DNA from: Candidatus Sigynarchaeum calidifontis
Lineage (GTDB): Archaea > Asgardarchaeota > Lokiarchaeia > Sigyniarchaeales > Sigyniarchaeaceae
Assembly: GCA_030587475.2 (NCBI GenBank)
Contig: JAUQYZ020000102.1
Span: 1 to 64,000, forward strand
Direction of reading: 5' to 3'
DNA length: 64,000 bases
A program made the translations under genes and the position numbers. Shown here piece by piece: positions 17,972-28,604 of the stretch. The notes beneath the pieces are model-generated. The model saw only the letters and a list, made by a program, of their open reading frames with translations, did not search any database and was not told the DNA's origin. How positions within the stretch are numbered: the stretch's first letter is position 1; each line of letters opens with the position of its first letter.

Positions 17972-20798
17972 GAACCTTCTTCTCTATTTCGAGCTCGTGC
18001 GCCTCGCGCATGGCGTCCGTGAACACGTCGACGGGATGCTTGTCCTTGAACGGGCACAGCTTGTACCCGGCACGCGACGCGTGGTAGAGCGTGCGGGCGA
18101 GGATGCCGACGACCTTGACCATGCGCGTCGCCTTGTCCAGCTCGGCGATCGTGTTCTTGTCCCAGTGGCCGAGGATGCCCGCGATGAACGCGTAGAGGTA
18201 GAGGCCGCCGAAGAGCGCGATCAGGAACAAGAGGGCCGTGCTGACCAGGTCGCCTTGCCACACGGCTGGGGCTATGGCGTACTCGAAGAGGAAATACACG
18301 AGAAGCGAGCTGATGGCGGGTGATATCCACACGACGAGCCAGTATGCTTTCGGTTTTGTCACGTAGCGATAGATGAAGAGCCAGAGCGAGATGTTCTTGG
18401 CCACGAGGGCAGGGATGTACGCGTAGAGCACGCCGAGCATCTGGAAACCTGGGATGAATGCGAGCAAGAGCAGCGCCCGAGACACCTGCTCGATGACCCA
18501 GCATATCGCGAGCTTGCCCGTCAGCCCCGCGCCTGTGAGCATCTTGTCCCCGCTCCAAGAGTACGGCCCGAGAAGCTGGAAGATGAGTACCCACGGCACG
18601 AACTTGATGGCGGGGAGCCAGTCCTTGCCCGAAAAGCCGATGATGAACCGGGGACCAAGCATGTAGAGCAGCGCCACGATGAAGAACGCGATGTAATTTG
18701 CCCACTTGAGCGATTGCACCGTGTGGAGCTCGAGCAGCTTTTTCTTGCCATGGGAATGGGCTTCTGACACGCCGGAGAGGAGCCCTTCCATGAACAAGCC
18801 GACGACGGAGACGATGCCACCGACCGTGTAGACCAGGTTGAAATAGCCGTTTTCCGTGGCGTAACCCTTGATGTAGATAGATTGGAGAAACATTTGCCAT
18901 AACCAGACCCCTGGTACCCAAACGGATCCCATCATGAACTTCAAGCCGAACTTCATGGTCTCCTTGAATTCCGCCCACGTGAAGTCCACGCGGAAGATCG
19001 TCGACAATGAAAACTTTAATTTCTTGAATAGCCCGACAGTGAAGAAGAACGTTCCCCATTCGGCGAAGTATTGGCCAATTGCGAATCCAATGCCCGCCCC
19101 GAATGCTTCACCATAGATAGGCATCGGCGCGAATATCCACCGGAAGAGTAAAATGCATGCGATTTGACAGAGCACGTTGAAGATGATCGTGTACAGTAAC
19201 TGGCTCACGAGCTGATAATCTGTCCGCTGCATCCCTTGAAAGACGAACTGAAGAACCAGGAAAAAACCCGGGTATTGTATGAGAGAATGGGTTATGAACA
19301 TCCAAGACATGTGCGCCAGGTAAGTCTGCGGGAAGATAATGGAACCTATCAAGGCGACGATGAAGATCTGGACAACGCCGCTCAACATCTGCCACCACAC
19401 GAAGATCTGGACGTAATGCACCGCTTTCTGGGGCTGCTTGACCCGGTATTGCGCGAAATACTTGGCCAATGCCACGCTCGTCCCGACATCGAAGGCAACC
19501 CAGACGGCACCGAAGAAGTTCTTGGTCATGTCCATCCAGCCGTTCACTTGGGGGAAAGGCAAGATGATCTGGGGGAATAAATAGCCGAAGATCACGAGCT
19601 GGGGGACGATCACGAGGATTCCCGTGAACAGGCCGAAAAGGAACCCGCCTATCTGCCGGTGGCTACCAACTTGTTCCCACTTGTCCCGCAAGTCCACCTC
19701 GGCCAATTTCGCTAGCTCCGCATAAATGGCCTCCGGGTCCACGCCCGAATCCATGAGCTCCTTCACCCGCCGCTTTTTCTCCTCGTCGATGTCGATGGCC
19801 GCCTCTTCTTCCGTCTTCACCACCACTTGCGCGGCGGCGAGCGTCCTTTCATCGATCTTGACGTGCTTTGACCTGTGGCGCACGACGAAAAAGAGCATGA
19901 AGGCAAACACCGCCATGATGGTCACGTAGATGGCGATCGTTGCTTGCTCCGCAGCATGCGGCACGGGACTGTATGCCCAGCTTCCAAACGTGGGAATGCT
20001 GCCCTCCTTTCCCGACACGTACAAGACCGACCCGTATATCATGAAGTTGAAGTAAGGCCAGAGCCGCACTTGCTTGTTGATCGCTCGATCGCCCGATCCG
20101 AAGTATCCGGTGAAAAATAAGACACGACCGGAGCCGAGCGGGGTCTCGACGAGTAGTGGGTCCCTGTTCTGGCCGGCCTCCTCGATCAGCAAGAATCGAT
20201 CGAGCAGCACGGTCACGCTATTGTGCAAGTTACTGGTCTGGATGACCGTGTAATTCACGATCTCGGGGATCGAGTTCCACTCGATCTTGCCCGCGAATGG
20301 ATGGGTCAAGGTCGCCGCGGGAATGTCGACATTGCTCTGCTTTTGGCTTTCCGTGGCCGTTGGATTGTTCAAGATGCCGAGGCTAACCAGGAAACTGGAA
20401 TTCGTGGCAAACGACGAGCTCCCGATGACCAGCAACCCGCCACCATTCTGGACGAACGTCACGAGGGCGCTCGCTTCCGTCGCGTTCAGCGGCCGTGCCG
20501 AGTCCCAGACAACACAGTCGTAGCCAGTGAAGCTACCGTTGAAGCTCGTGCTCACGGAGATGGAGGGATCGAGCCGCAGCGCGTCCAGCACGTCCGATTC
20601 GGCGAGTTCTTGGGGGGTGGCGAGGTACAAGGCTTTCGAGACGGGAACGGATGGCCCCTGCCCGCGGGCACCCGTCATAAGCGCGGGAAACAGCATCGCC
20701 GCGCCGAAAACGATTACCATGCACGCGATGAATCCCGCGGCGAAAAACTGCTTGTTGCTCGCCGCGATGAGGCTATTTTTCATTGTTCCGGCATTCAT
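17961..20798 (-). CDS. Extracellular domain + MOP/flippase-like multi-pass membrane protein (paralog A)
   Basis: Signal helix, ~250-aa extracellular domain (FVQNGGGLLVIG), TM, charged linker, then ~14 TM helices; clearly similar to 30698-33628. Confidence 0.7.
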   Translation of the reverse strand: MNAGTMKNSLIAASNKQFFAAGFIACMVIVFGAAMLFPALMTGARGQGPSVPVSKALYLATPQELAESDVLDALRLDPSISVSTSFNGSFTGYDCVVWDSARPLNATEASALVTFVQNGGGLLVIGSSSFATNSSFLVSLGILNNPTATESQKQSNVDIPAATLTHPFAGKIEWNSIPEIVNYTVIQTSNLHNSVTVLLDRFLLIEEAGQNRDPLLVETPLGSGRVLFFTGYFGSGDRAINKQVRLWPYFNFMIYGSVLYVSGKEGSIPTFGSWAYSPVPHAAEQATIAIYVTIMAVFAFMLFFVVRHRSKHVKIDERTLAAAQVVVKTEEEAAIDIDEEKKRRVKELMDSGVDPEAIYAELAKLAEVDLRDKWEQVGSHRQIGGFLFGLFTGILVIVPQLVIFGYLFPQIILPFPQVNGWMDMTKNFFGAVWVAFDVGTSVALAKYFAQYRVKQPQKAVHYVQIFVWWQMLSGVVQIFIVALIGSIIFPQTYLAHMSWMFITHSLIQYPGFFLVLQFVFQGMQRTDYQLVSQLLYTIIFNVLCQIACILLFRWIFAPMPIYGEAFGAGIGFAIGQYFAEWGTFFFTVGLFKKLKFSLSTIFRVDFTWAEFKETMKFGLKFMMGSVWVPGVWLWQMFLQSIYIKGYATENGYFNLVYTVGGIVSVVGLFMEGLLSGVSEAHSHGKKKLLELHTVQSLKWANYIAFFIVALLYMLGPRFIIGFSGKDWLPAIKFVPWVLIFQLLGPYSWSGDKMLTGAGLTGKLAICWVIEQVSRALLLLAFIPGFQMLGVLYAYIPALVAKNISLWLFIYRYVTKPKAYWLVVWISPAISSLLVYFLFEYAIAPAVWQGDLVSTALLFLIALFGGLYLYAFIAGILGHWDKNTIAELDKATRMVKVVGILARTLYHASRAGYKLCPFKDKHPVDVFTDAMREAHELEIEKKVLKI

Positions 20799-20994
20799 TG
20801 TCGAATCGCTCCGATCCCACCCGCTATGAGGAAAAAGGATGGGTTGGTTCTATCTTGCCCCCGGCCTTAGAATAGCTACCCATAGCTAAACATGCGTCCG
20901 TTGCATGAAGTTGAAGGAACAGCCCCTCACTATATAGAATATTGGAAGCATATCGTCAAGGTTTATTACCGCCGAAAAAAATCATTCCTCAATC

Positions 20995-21147
20995 ATGGAG
21001 CTGCCGGGTCGCGCGCAACAAGCCAAGGAATTTACTCGAAAGATCGTCACCTTCATCAAGCGGTGGTGGCTGTACATCGTGGTGGGCCTGGCGCTCGGCT
21101 TCTTGCTCGGTTACGTCAACGGGCTCATATCCGCGCTCGTGATCTGA
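20995..21147 (+). CDS. Small single-pass membrane protein (50 aa, below the ORF track cutoff)
   Basis: MELPGRAQQAKEFTRKIVTFIKRWWLYIVVGLALGFLLGYVNGLISALVI; ends 30 nt before the SBP gene. Confidence 0.6.
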   Translation: MELPGRAQQAKEFTRKIVTFIKRWWLYIVVGLALGFLLGYVNGLISALVI

Positions 21148-21177
21148 TCCGGCAAGACGTGCTCGGGAGGTCGTAGG

Positions 21178-22326
21178 ATGGAACAGAGAAGCGTGATGGC
21201 CAGCATCAAGGCGAAAAAGCAAAAACAAGCCGGGGCCATCGTGCTGGCTTGCAGCTTCCTCGTCGGGTTTGGTATCGGTACCATCGCGAGTAACACCGCC
21301 GTTCAAGGCAAGATCTTGTTTACGATCGCGTATTCGAGCGAGAAAGAAGGCTGGATGGAGGAGATCAAGCCGTTATTCGAACAATGGCTTTCCATGCATT
21401 ACCCGAACCAGCCGATAAAGCTCAACTTTTTTCCCGTCGGCTCCAGGGAATCGATCATCGCGATCATCAACGGCCAGTACAAGCCAGCCATCTGGAGCCC
21501 CGCTGCTTCGACGTGGATCCCCATGCTCAACTATTACTGGCAGCAGCAAGCAGGCTCCGGAAAGCCGATCACGACCCATAACGCGACGGCCGTGTACACT
21601 CCCATCGTCATCGCCATATGGGAATCGATCAAGTCTGGCCACAACATCACGAGCATGCAGGACGTGTACGCTTTAACGGCAGTGAACCCTTCACCGATCA
21701 AGCTGGCACACACGGATCCCCGCCTCTCGAACTCGGGCTTCTGCACGATCATCATGGAGGTGGCTGCCGCCGCGGGCAAGAATTCCTCGATGCTCACGTT
21801 GAGCGACCTCACGTCGCAGCCGGTCAGGGCGTGGGTGAAGCAGTTCGAGTCCGTGGCCGTCCAGTACGGCAAGAGCACGGGATACCTTGTCCAGGCCATG
21901 CTCCAATCGGGGCCATCGGGAATAACGACGGCGTTCCTCTACGAGAGTCTCGTCATGGAGAGCGCCGCCGAGGCGCGGGCGCAATGGGGCGATAGCATCG
22001 TGGCCATCTATCCCGACGAAGGGTGCATACACAGCGACCACCCGTTCTGCGTGCTAGACAAGGCGCCCTGGATGACCCCGCTGCTCGAAAACATTTCGAG
22101 GAGCTTCACCGATGATTTCCTCGCCGAGAGGGCAGTTCTCGAGCTGGCCACGCGGCATGGTTTCCGGGTGTACAATAACAATATCACGCTTCCACTTGAA
22201 ACGTTTAGCATCGAGAACGGGGTGCGGTACGACATCACGGGCGTTCCGAAAATGGACGTCCCAGGCGATCCGGCGTTCATTGCACGTGTTGCAGACTTCT
22301 GGCTCATGAATCGGCCAGTGTTTTGA
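21178..22326 (+). CDS. ABC transporter substrate-binding protein
   Basis: N-terminal anchor; YSSEK, WSPAAS, TPIVIA, HTDPRLSNSG, YES and DHPF motifs. Confidence 0.85.
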   Translation: MEQRSVMASIKAKKQKQAGAIVLACSFLVGFGIGTIASNTAVQGKILFTIAYSSEKEGWMEEIKPLFEQWLSMHYPNQPIKLNFFPVGSRESIIAIINGQYKPAIWSPAASTWIPMLNYYWQQQAGSGKPITTHNATAVYTPIVIAIWESIKSGHNITSMQDVYALTAVNPSPIKLAHTDPRLSNSGFCTIIMEVAAAAGKNSSMLTLSDLTSQPVRAWVKQFESVAVQYGKSTGYLVQAMLQSGPSGITTAFLYESLVMESAAEARAQWGDSIVAIYPDEGCIHSDHPFCVLDKAPWMTPLLENISRSFTDDFLAERAVLELATRHGFRVYNNNITLPLETFSIENGVRYDITGVPKMDVPGDPAFIARVADFWLMNRPVF

Positions 22327-22336
22327 GGCGAGGATC

Positions 22337-24082
22337 ATGGAAGCCACATCACCCGACAAGCCAACCACGTCCTATCTCTCGAAGCAGGACATCAAGCCAC
22401 CGCGGCCGGGACTGCAACTCCGGTTGGAGAAATTTTTCTCCAAGGACAGGTTCCGGGTAGCACTTGACACGGGCACCATCGGGTTCTTCTTGTTCCTCAT
22501 CATCGGCCCCCTCGTCTCGCTCGTTGGCATCGTGATATTGAACTGGGGAAGCATTTACACGACAGTTTTTGACGATCCGATCACTGGCGGGGTTCAATGG
22601 CAGATCATGGGCACCGTGCTCGGCCGGAGCTTCGAGATCGCGGCCATCGCCACCGGCATCGATCTGGTGCTTGGCCTCCCCATGTCGTTCATCTTGACGA
22701 GGTACGAGTTCCGGGGCAAGAGAGTGCTCGACACGCTCGTCGACTTGCCCATGGCCGTGCCCACGTCAGCGCTGGGCTTTAGTTTGTATTTATTTTGGGG
22801 ATCAACCATGGGGATCTCTGGTTTGCTTGGCCTGGATCAAGGGCTCGTCTCGCCTGGACCCATGCTGATCACGCTCACCCACGTGGCGTTTACCTACCCA
22901 TTCATCGTTCGTAATTTGAAGGTCATCTTTCAGGAGCAGAGCAAGCTCTACGAGGATGCCGCCAAGACACTCGGTGCCCCCGGGTTCACGATTTTCAGGA
23001 CGATAACCGCGCCCCTGGCGAAAGAAGGCATCATCGCCGGCACCATCCTCGCGTTCACCCGCTCCCTCGGCGAAACGGGCGCGACGATCATCGTGGCGGG
23101 CGTGTTCGAAACCGCGCCCATGTACGTCGTTGCCTTGAAAGAATCGTTGAACTTCCCGTCTGCGGCGTTCCTGTCCATGATCCTCATCTCGATCTCCATC
23201 GTGGCGTTGATGTTCCTCCGCATCTTCTCCAGGCGCGTCGGGTTCCCCGTGTCGAAGGTGGTTCCCAAGGTGGAACGCGCGCTGAGTACCAGGCCCGTGC
23301 GGGTGGCGCGGAACAGCATCGGTCTCTTGCTCTTCATCGTCATCGTTCTCGTGCCCGCCATGTACACGATCCCGTACGTTGCGATCTGGTTCGCCAAGAA
23401 TCCTTTCACGGGGACGACGAGCAACACGGTACTTACCTCACTTTTTGCACCAGATAACAAATGGGCTTGGTTGTGGGTATCGACGGGGAATTCCCTCGCG
23501 ATCGCCGCGATATCGACCGTTATTTGCTTGGCATTTGGCCTGCCCATGGCCATGATACTCGTGAAGCGAAAGTGGGGCAAGATAAAGGAACTACTCGATG
23601 CCCTCATCGACGTGCCACTTATCGCGCCGACCGCTGCGCTCGGATTCGCCATGTACCTGTTCTGGGGGCCATTCGGGCTGAACGTGTTCCAACCGGGGTT
23701 CTGGCTCATCATCATGGTCCACGTGGCCATGTGCTTCCCGTATATCGTCCGCCCCATCATTGCCATCATCGAGAAGACCGATCCAGAACTCGAGAGCGCC
23801 GCGAGGACGCTTGGCGCGAGCGCACTCACGACGTTCAGGACCATCACGCTACCCAAGATGAAGCCGGGCATCATTGCCGGCATGATCATGAGCTTCACGC
23901 GCTCGATGGGGGAAACCGGGGCCACGATCGTCGTTTCCGGGCTCATCAGGACGGTGCCGATCTTGATCGTGGATTGGGTGGAGACGCGCGACCTCGCGGC
24001 AGCGGGTTTCGCGAGCGTGCTGCTCATCATCTTCTCGTTCGTCGTGTTACTCTTGCTCCGGAAGACCATGGAGCACACGTGA
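22337..24082 (+). CDS. ABC transporter permease with duplicated BPD domain (Fe3+/molybdate/thiamine-type)
   Basis: Two EAA loops (YEDAAKTLGA, LESAARTLGA) and two FTRS.GETGAT motifs. Confidence 0.92.
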   Translation: MEATSPDKPTTSYLSKQDIKPPRPGLQLRLEKFFSKDRFRVALDTGTIGFFLFLIIGPLVSLVGIVILNWGSIYTTVFDDPITGGVQWQIMGTVLGRSFEIAAIATGIDLVLGLPMSFILTRYEFRGKRVLDTLVDLPMAVPTSALGFSLYLFWGSTMGISGLLGLDQGLVSPGPMLITLTHVAFTYPFIVRNLKVIFQEQSKLYEDAAKTLGAPGFTIFRTITAPLAKEGIIAGTILAFTRSLGETGATIIVAGVFETAPMYVVALKESLNFPSAAFLSMILISISIVALMFLRIFSRRVGFPVSKVVPKVERALSTRPVRVARNSIGLLLFIVIVLVPAMYTIPYVAIWFAKNPFTGTTSNTVLTSLFAPDNKWAWLWVSTGNSLAIAAISTVICLAFGLPMAMILVKRKWGKIKELLDALIDVPLIAPTAALGFAMYLFWGPFGLNVFQPGFWLIIMVHVAMCFPYIVRPIIAIIEKTDPELESAARTLGASALTTFRTITLPKMKPGIIAGMIMSFTRSMGETGATIVVSGLIRTVPILIVDWVETRDLAAAGFASVLLIIFSFVVLLLLRKTMEHT

Positions 24083-24096
24083 GGTGACAGGAAAAA

Positions 24097-25254
24097 ATGC
24101 CGAAGATCGAGCTCGTTCACGTCTCGAAAACGTTCGATGACGGGAATGTCGTGGCCACCGACGACGTGACGCTCACCATCGAGGACGGGAGCTTCGTGTT
24201 CTTGCTCGGGCCCAGCGGATGCGGCAAGACCACGCTCCTCAAGCTCATCTCAGGCCTGGAGACCCCGACAAGCGGGAAAATACTCGTCGGGGGAATAGAC
24301 CTTGCGAAGTTGAACCCGGAGGATCGCAGCATCGGCTTCGTGTTCCAGCATTTCGAAGTATTCCCGGCGATGACCGTTTTCGAAAATGTCGCGTACGGGT
24401 TAACCGTCCGCGGTTATGATGACGAGACCATCGAGAAGGTCACCCGAGAGACATTGCACCTCGTGAACCTCGATGGCCGGATGCTTGCATACCCTAGGGA
24501 GTTAAACACGCCGGAACTCCAGAAAGTTGGACTTGCTCGTGCCATCGCCACGCGCAGCAAGATATTGTTTCTCGACGAGCCGCTCGGCAAGCTTGACCCG
24601 AAGATACGAAAGAGCTTCCGCCACGAGCTGCGGCGCCTCATCAAGACCCTCGGGTTGACCGCCATCCAGGTCACCCACGACCAGGAGGAAGCCATGGCCA
24701 TCGGGGACCAGATCATCGTCATGCGCAAGGGAAGGATCCTCCAGCACGGCAGCCCTGAGGACCTCTACTACCGTCCCAGCTCGATCTTCGTCGCCAATTT
24801 TTTCGGCGAGACGAATTTCCTCGAGGGCTTCGTGAGCGAGGTAACGTGTGATTCGTGCACCTTCCACCTGCACCTCGGCGGGCCGAAATTCCAGATCAAG
24901 CTGCAACATGGCCACCAGCTCAAGAATCACGTGCAGGCCATCATCGGGTACCGCGTCGAAGACGTCGAACTCATTCCGACCACGCGCCACGATGGATCGG
25001 CTGCCGAGGAGCTGGATCTCGAGGAAAAACCCATGCTCAACACGGTCAAGGGCCACGTGAAGGATGCGATCTTCATCGGCCCCATGAAACGGTTCATCGT
25101 CGATCTGGAGAACGGGGACGAGATCCAAGCGAAGCACTCGAGCAAGTTCATGGTTGACATTCGGAAGGGAGACGAGATCCTCGTCGGTTTCCATGAATAT
25201 CCCATGGTCTTCGAATATCCGAAGGATATTCGTGCAGAATTGTCGAAAGCGTGA
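24097..25254 (+). CDS. ABC transporter ATP-binding protein 1 (degenerate signature motif)
   Basis: GPSGCGKT, LFLDEP and VTHDQ intact; signature reads LNTPE; C-terminal TOBE-like region. Confidence 0.92.
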   Translation: MPKIELVHVSKTFDDGNVVATDDVTLTIEDGSFVFLLGPSGCGKTTLLKLISGLETPTSGKILVGGIDLAKLNPEDRSIGFVFQHFEVFPAMTVFENVAYGLTVRGYDDETIEKVTRETLHLVNLDGRMLAYPRELNTPELQKVGLARAIATRSKILFLDEPLGKLDPKIRKSFRHELRRLIKTLGLTAIQVTHDQEEAMAIGDQIIVMRKGRILQHGSPEDLYYRPSSIFVANFFGETNFLEGFVSEVTCDSCTFHLHLGGPKFQIKLQHGHQLKNHVQAIIGYRVEDVELIPTTRHDGSAAEELDLEEKPMLNTVKGHVKDAIFIGPMKRFIVDLENGDEIQAKHSSKFMVDIRKGDEILVGFHEYPMVFEYPKDIRAELSKA

Positions 25255-26408
25255 TCGTCATGCCAAGAATCGTCCTGGAGCACGTCACTGTTGTCCGTGG
25301 AGGAAGGAGGATCCTGCATGATTTCAACCTGGATATCCGGGATGGTGAATACTTCGCACTGGTCGGGGAAACGGGCGCCGGGAAGACGACGATCTTGAAT
25401 CTCATCAACGGGTTGTTAATACCAGATGAGGGACGTGTTATTATCGACGGGAAAGACGTCACGAGATCACCCGCGGAAACACGTGACGTGGGCATGGTTT
25501 TCGAGAATTATGCCCTGTTCCCGCACTATAACGTGTACAAGAACGTGACATACAGCCATCGCGTCAAGGACCGGGATATCATCGAGACGAAAAAAACTGC
25601 CCGGGAAGTCTTGAGCCTGGTGCTCATCCCGAACCGCGACAGGGCCCTCCCGAAGGAATTATCGGGAGGGATGCAGCAGCGGGTCGCGCTCGCGAGGGCG
25701 CTCATGTGCGAATCAGGCATCTTGCTTTTCGATGACCCGTTTTCCGCCTTGGACGCGGGTCTCCGCATGAGCTTGCGCATCGAACTGAAAAACCTCGCCC
25801 GCGAGCTGGGCACGACGGTCGTGCATTGTACCAACGACGTCGAGGAGGCCATGATGGTGTGCGACCGAATGGCGATAATGAGAAACGGGCAGATAATCCA
25901 ACTGGGAACACCAGACGATATTTACTACCGGCCATGCGACATGTACGTCGCATCGTTCATTGGTGACGTGAACCTCTTCAAGTGCAAGGTGATCGAGCGG
26001 GAGCCGGCACAAGGCTTGTACGTCCTAAAATACCAGCGCGGGAAAGAAGCGGAGAGTCGGGAGTTCCGCGTGATTCCTCAAGAAGGTGCCCCCGTTTTCA
26101 AGGAAGGTGAGGACGTGCTCTTGTGCGTGCGTGCCGAGCATTTTTACATCAACCACGGGTACCGGAAGAAACCCAACCGCGTGCACGGCACGATCGACGA
26201 GATCAGCTTTCTCGGGCACGTTATCCGTTACGAGGTGAAAGACGAGTACGGGAGGCGATATCGCATCCAGCGGTTCGTCAACGCCAAGACGAAGTACATG
26301 AAGTTCCAGAAGGGGGAAACAGTGACTCTCGGGTTCCATCACAAGCTTGGCTTGCTATTCAAGTGCCAGGGCGAGGAGGAGCAACTGTGCCGATTGGAAA
26401 ACATTTAA
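25251..26408 (+). CDS. ABC transporter ATP-binding protein 2 (degenerate Walker B and H-loop)
   Basis: GETGAGKT and LSGGM intact; Walker B LLFDDP; H-loop CTNDV. Confidence 0.92.
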   Translation: MIVMPRIVLEHVTVVRGGRRILHDFNLDIRDGEYFALVGETGAGKTTILNLINGLLIPDEGRVIIDGKDVTRSPAETRDVGMVFENYALFPHYNVYKNVTYSHRVKDRDIIETKKTAREVLSLVLIPNRDRALPKELSGGMQQRVALARALMCESGILLFDDPFSALDAGLRMSLRIELKNLARELGTTVVHCTNDVEEAMMVCDRMAIMRNGQIIQLGTPDDIYYRPCDMYVASFIGDVNLFKCKVIEREPAQGLYVLKYQRGKEAESREFRVIPQEGAPVFKEGEDVLLCVRAEHFYINHGYRKKPNRVHGTIDEISFLGHVIRYEVKDEYGRRYRIQRFVNAKTKYMKFQKGETVTLGFHHKLGLLFKCQGEEEQLCRLENI

Positions 26409-26451
26409 AATGCGATTCGTATCGTAATAGACTAGCAACGAGGGATAAACA

Positions 26452-27129
26452 TTGAGCAAGATCCTATCCGGGCTGAAGAAAGCCACTACTAGCAACACGA
26501 TCAAGGCAGCCAAAGCTCATGTCTTGAAGAGCGCGGAAGTCGTCATGACCTTGCGGGCTGCCTTCGAGAAAGTGAAAGCGCGGTCATACGATGCTGCTCT
26601 CGAAAAATGGAATGCCGTGAGCGAGCTCGAGCACCAGGCGGACCAGATACGACGGTCGATCATCCTGGAGATCGCAAGTAGCGAGATCGAAGAAAATGTC
26701 AAGGAGGCATTGATGCACCTCATCAAGAACGTTGACAAGATCGCCAACACGGCAAACGCATCGGCACGGATCTTTGCCCAGGTGCCGGCCAAGTACTTCG
26801 ACATGCTCGTGAGGGATGACGACTCGATCTTGCTGATGCTCGAAAAATCGGTCGAGGTGACGAAACTCCTCGTGAAGATGATAGATGACTTGCTTGGCAC
26901 AGGGAGGGAAATCGACAAGCTAAACCAGTCTATCCAGGCGATCGAGCACGAGTGTGACGTGTACCTCTCTAACATCTATCGACGGCTGTTGAATATAGAG
27001 AATCCCCAAGTTCCCGCGTTCGTCGCGATCCAGATATCGGCTGGCTTAAACTACATGGAAGCCATCTCTGACTCGGTGGAGGACACCGCCGACTACCTGA
27101 AGGAAATAGCGACCATCCGCAAGACGTGA
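26452..27129 (+). CDS. DUF47 / PhoU-like phosphate transport regulator
   Basis: LEHQADQIRR, DKIAN, IEHECD and EAISDSVEDTAD repeats. Confidence 0.87.
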   Translation: MSKILSGLKKATTSNTIKAAKAHVLKSAEVVMTLRAAFEKVKARSYDAALEKWNAVSELEHQADQIRRSIILEIASSEIEENVKEALMHLIKNVDKIANTANASARIFAQVPAKYFDMLVRDDDSILLMLEKSVEVTKLLVKMIDDLLGTGREIDKLNQSIQAIEHECDVYLSNIYRRLLNIENPQVPAFVAIQISAGLNYMEAISDSVEDTADYLKEIATIRKT

Positions 27130-27176
27130 GCGGCAAACGGGGGGTTTTTTTCCTTTCCATCCTCTCCCGCAAGTAG

Positions 27177-28598
27177 ATGATCCCCATGCTTTCCAGGGAC
27201 CTGGACTTGTTACTTGTCAATCCCGCGACCGAGCTCGCCAACCGTGGAACGTGGAACCGCGAACCGCCAGTGGGTTTACTCTACATCGCATCGGTGCTCG
27301 AGCGCGACGGGTTTTCCTGCCAGGTCATAGATCTCTCGGTCGATGACCGCCCCATCGAGGAAATCCTCGCCTGTTTGCCCGTGCCGCGCGTGATCGGCTT
27401 CACGTGCCTGACCAACACGTCGAAGGCCGCGCTGCGGCTTGCCAGCAAAACCCGGACATGGTACAAGACAGCAGAGCCGCCCGTTCCTATCGTGGTCATA
27501 GGCGGCCCGCATGCCACGTTCGCGTACAAGGAAATCCTTCCCACGGGAATCGTCGATTTTTGCTTCACGGGGGAGGTTGAAGGTTTTATCTCTCGGTTCG
27601 TCGGGATCGCCACCGAAGAGCAAGATCTCGCCGTAATAAAAAAGCGCGTGGCCATGGAAGGGGAGCAAACGATCAACATCGCCTTCCTGGACAACATGGG
27701 CTCAATTTCGGGTTTCACAGAAAACGAATCATTCCCGAGGGAACTCGATGCCTTGCCGTTCCCCGCGAGGCACTTGTGCCCGATCAACGCCAGCGATGGA
27801 GCCTACCGGACAGCTACCATCATTGTGAACCGGGGCTGCCCCAACCAGTGCATCTTCTGCAGCCGCCAGGCATTATTCCGAGAGTGCCGGCGAAGGTCAC
27901 CTGAGAACGTGCTCGCGGAGATCCGGGCAATCCACGATGCCGGACACTATGATTACTATAACTTGTACGATAACGTGACGGTCTCCCGCGAGTTCATGAA
28001 GCAGCTACTCCGGCTGATCGTCGCGGACCGGGACTTGCGGCTCCCGTGGGGCGCGGAGCTCCGGGCGGACATGATCGATGATGAAGCGGCTGGTCTCCTC
28101 AAGCAAGCGAATTGCAAGTGCGTTGCCACTGGGATCGAGTCGGCAGACGAGGGAATCTTAAAAATCGCGGGTAAATTCCAATCTATCGATAATGTAAAAA
28201 AAGGTCTGGCCGTTTTGAAGGCGAAGAAAATATCCATTCAAGCATACTTCGTTATCGGCCTTCCTGGCGAGACACGCACCACGTTCGAGAAGACCGTGGC
28301 CTTTCTCAATGCAAGTCCACTCGAGCCTGGCGTCGACAAGGTCGACTTCTTCGCGGCGACGCCATACCCGGGCTCGGCGCTCCACGAGCGCCGGGATGAG
28401 CTCGGGGTCGAGATCCTCGACCACGACACCGACCACTACGATTGCCAGCACCTCGTCTGCAAGCCCTCGTCCATCACCATGGCCGAGCTCGAGGCCATCT
28501 GGCAAGAGGCGAAAGCAATCGAAAAGGCCTTCAACAGCGGCAACTTGAAGAAAGCAACGCTACTAGGTTCAAAAGACGCACGCCATTCCACCACGTGA
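27177..28598 (+). CDS. B12-binding domain radical SAM protein
   Basis: PPVGLLYIASVL, GGPHAT, RGCPNQCIFC, GIES, IGLPGET and TPYPGS motifs. Confidence 0.93.
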   Translation: MIPMLSRDLDLLLVNPATELANRGTWNREPPVGLLYIASVLERDGFSCQVIDLSVDDRPIEEILACLPVPRVIGFTCLTNTSKAALRLASKTRTWYKTAEPPVPIVVIGGPHATFAYKEILPTGIVDFCFTGEVEGFISRFVGIATEEQDLAVIKKRVAMEGEQTINIAFLDNMGSISGFTENESFPRELDALPFPARHLCPINASDGAYRTATIIVNRGCPNQCIFCSRQALFRECRRRSPENVLAEIRAIHDAGHYDYYNLYDNVTVSREFMKQLLRLIVADRDLRLPWGAELRADMIDDEAAGLLKQANCKCVATGIESADEGILKIAGKFQSIDNVKKGLAVLKAKKISIQAYFVIGLPGETRTTFEKTVAFLNASPLEPGVDKVDFFAATPYPGSALHERRDELGVEILDHDTDHYDCQHLVCKPSSITMAELEAIWQEAKAIEKAFNSGNLKKATLLGSKDARHSTT

Positions 28599-28604
28599 AC
28601 CATA

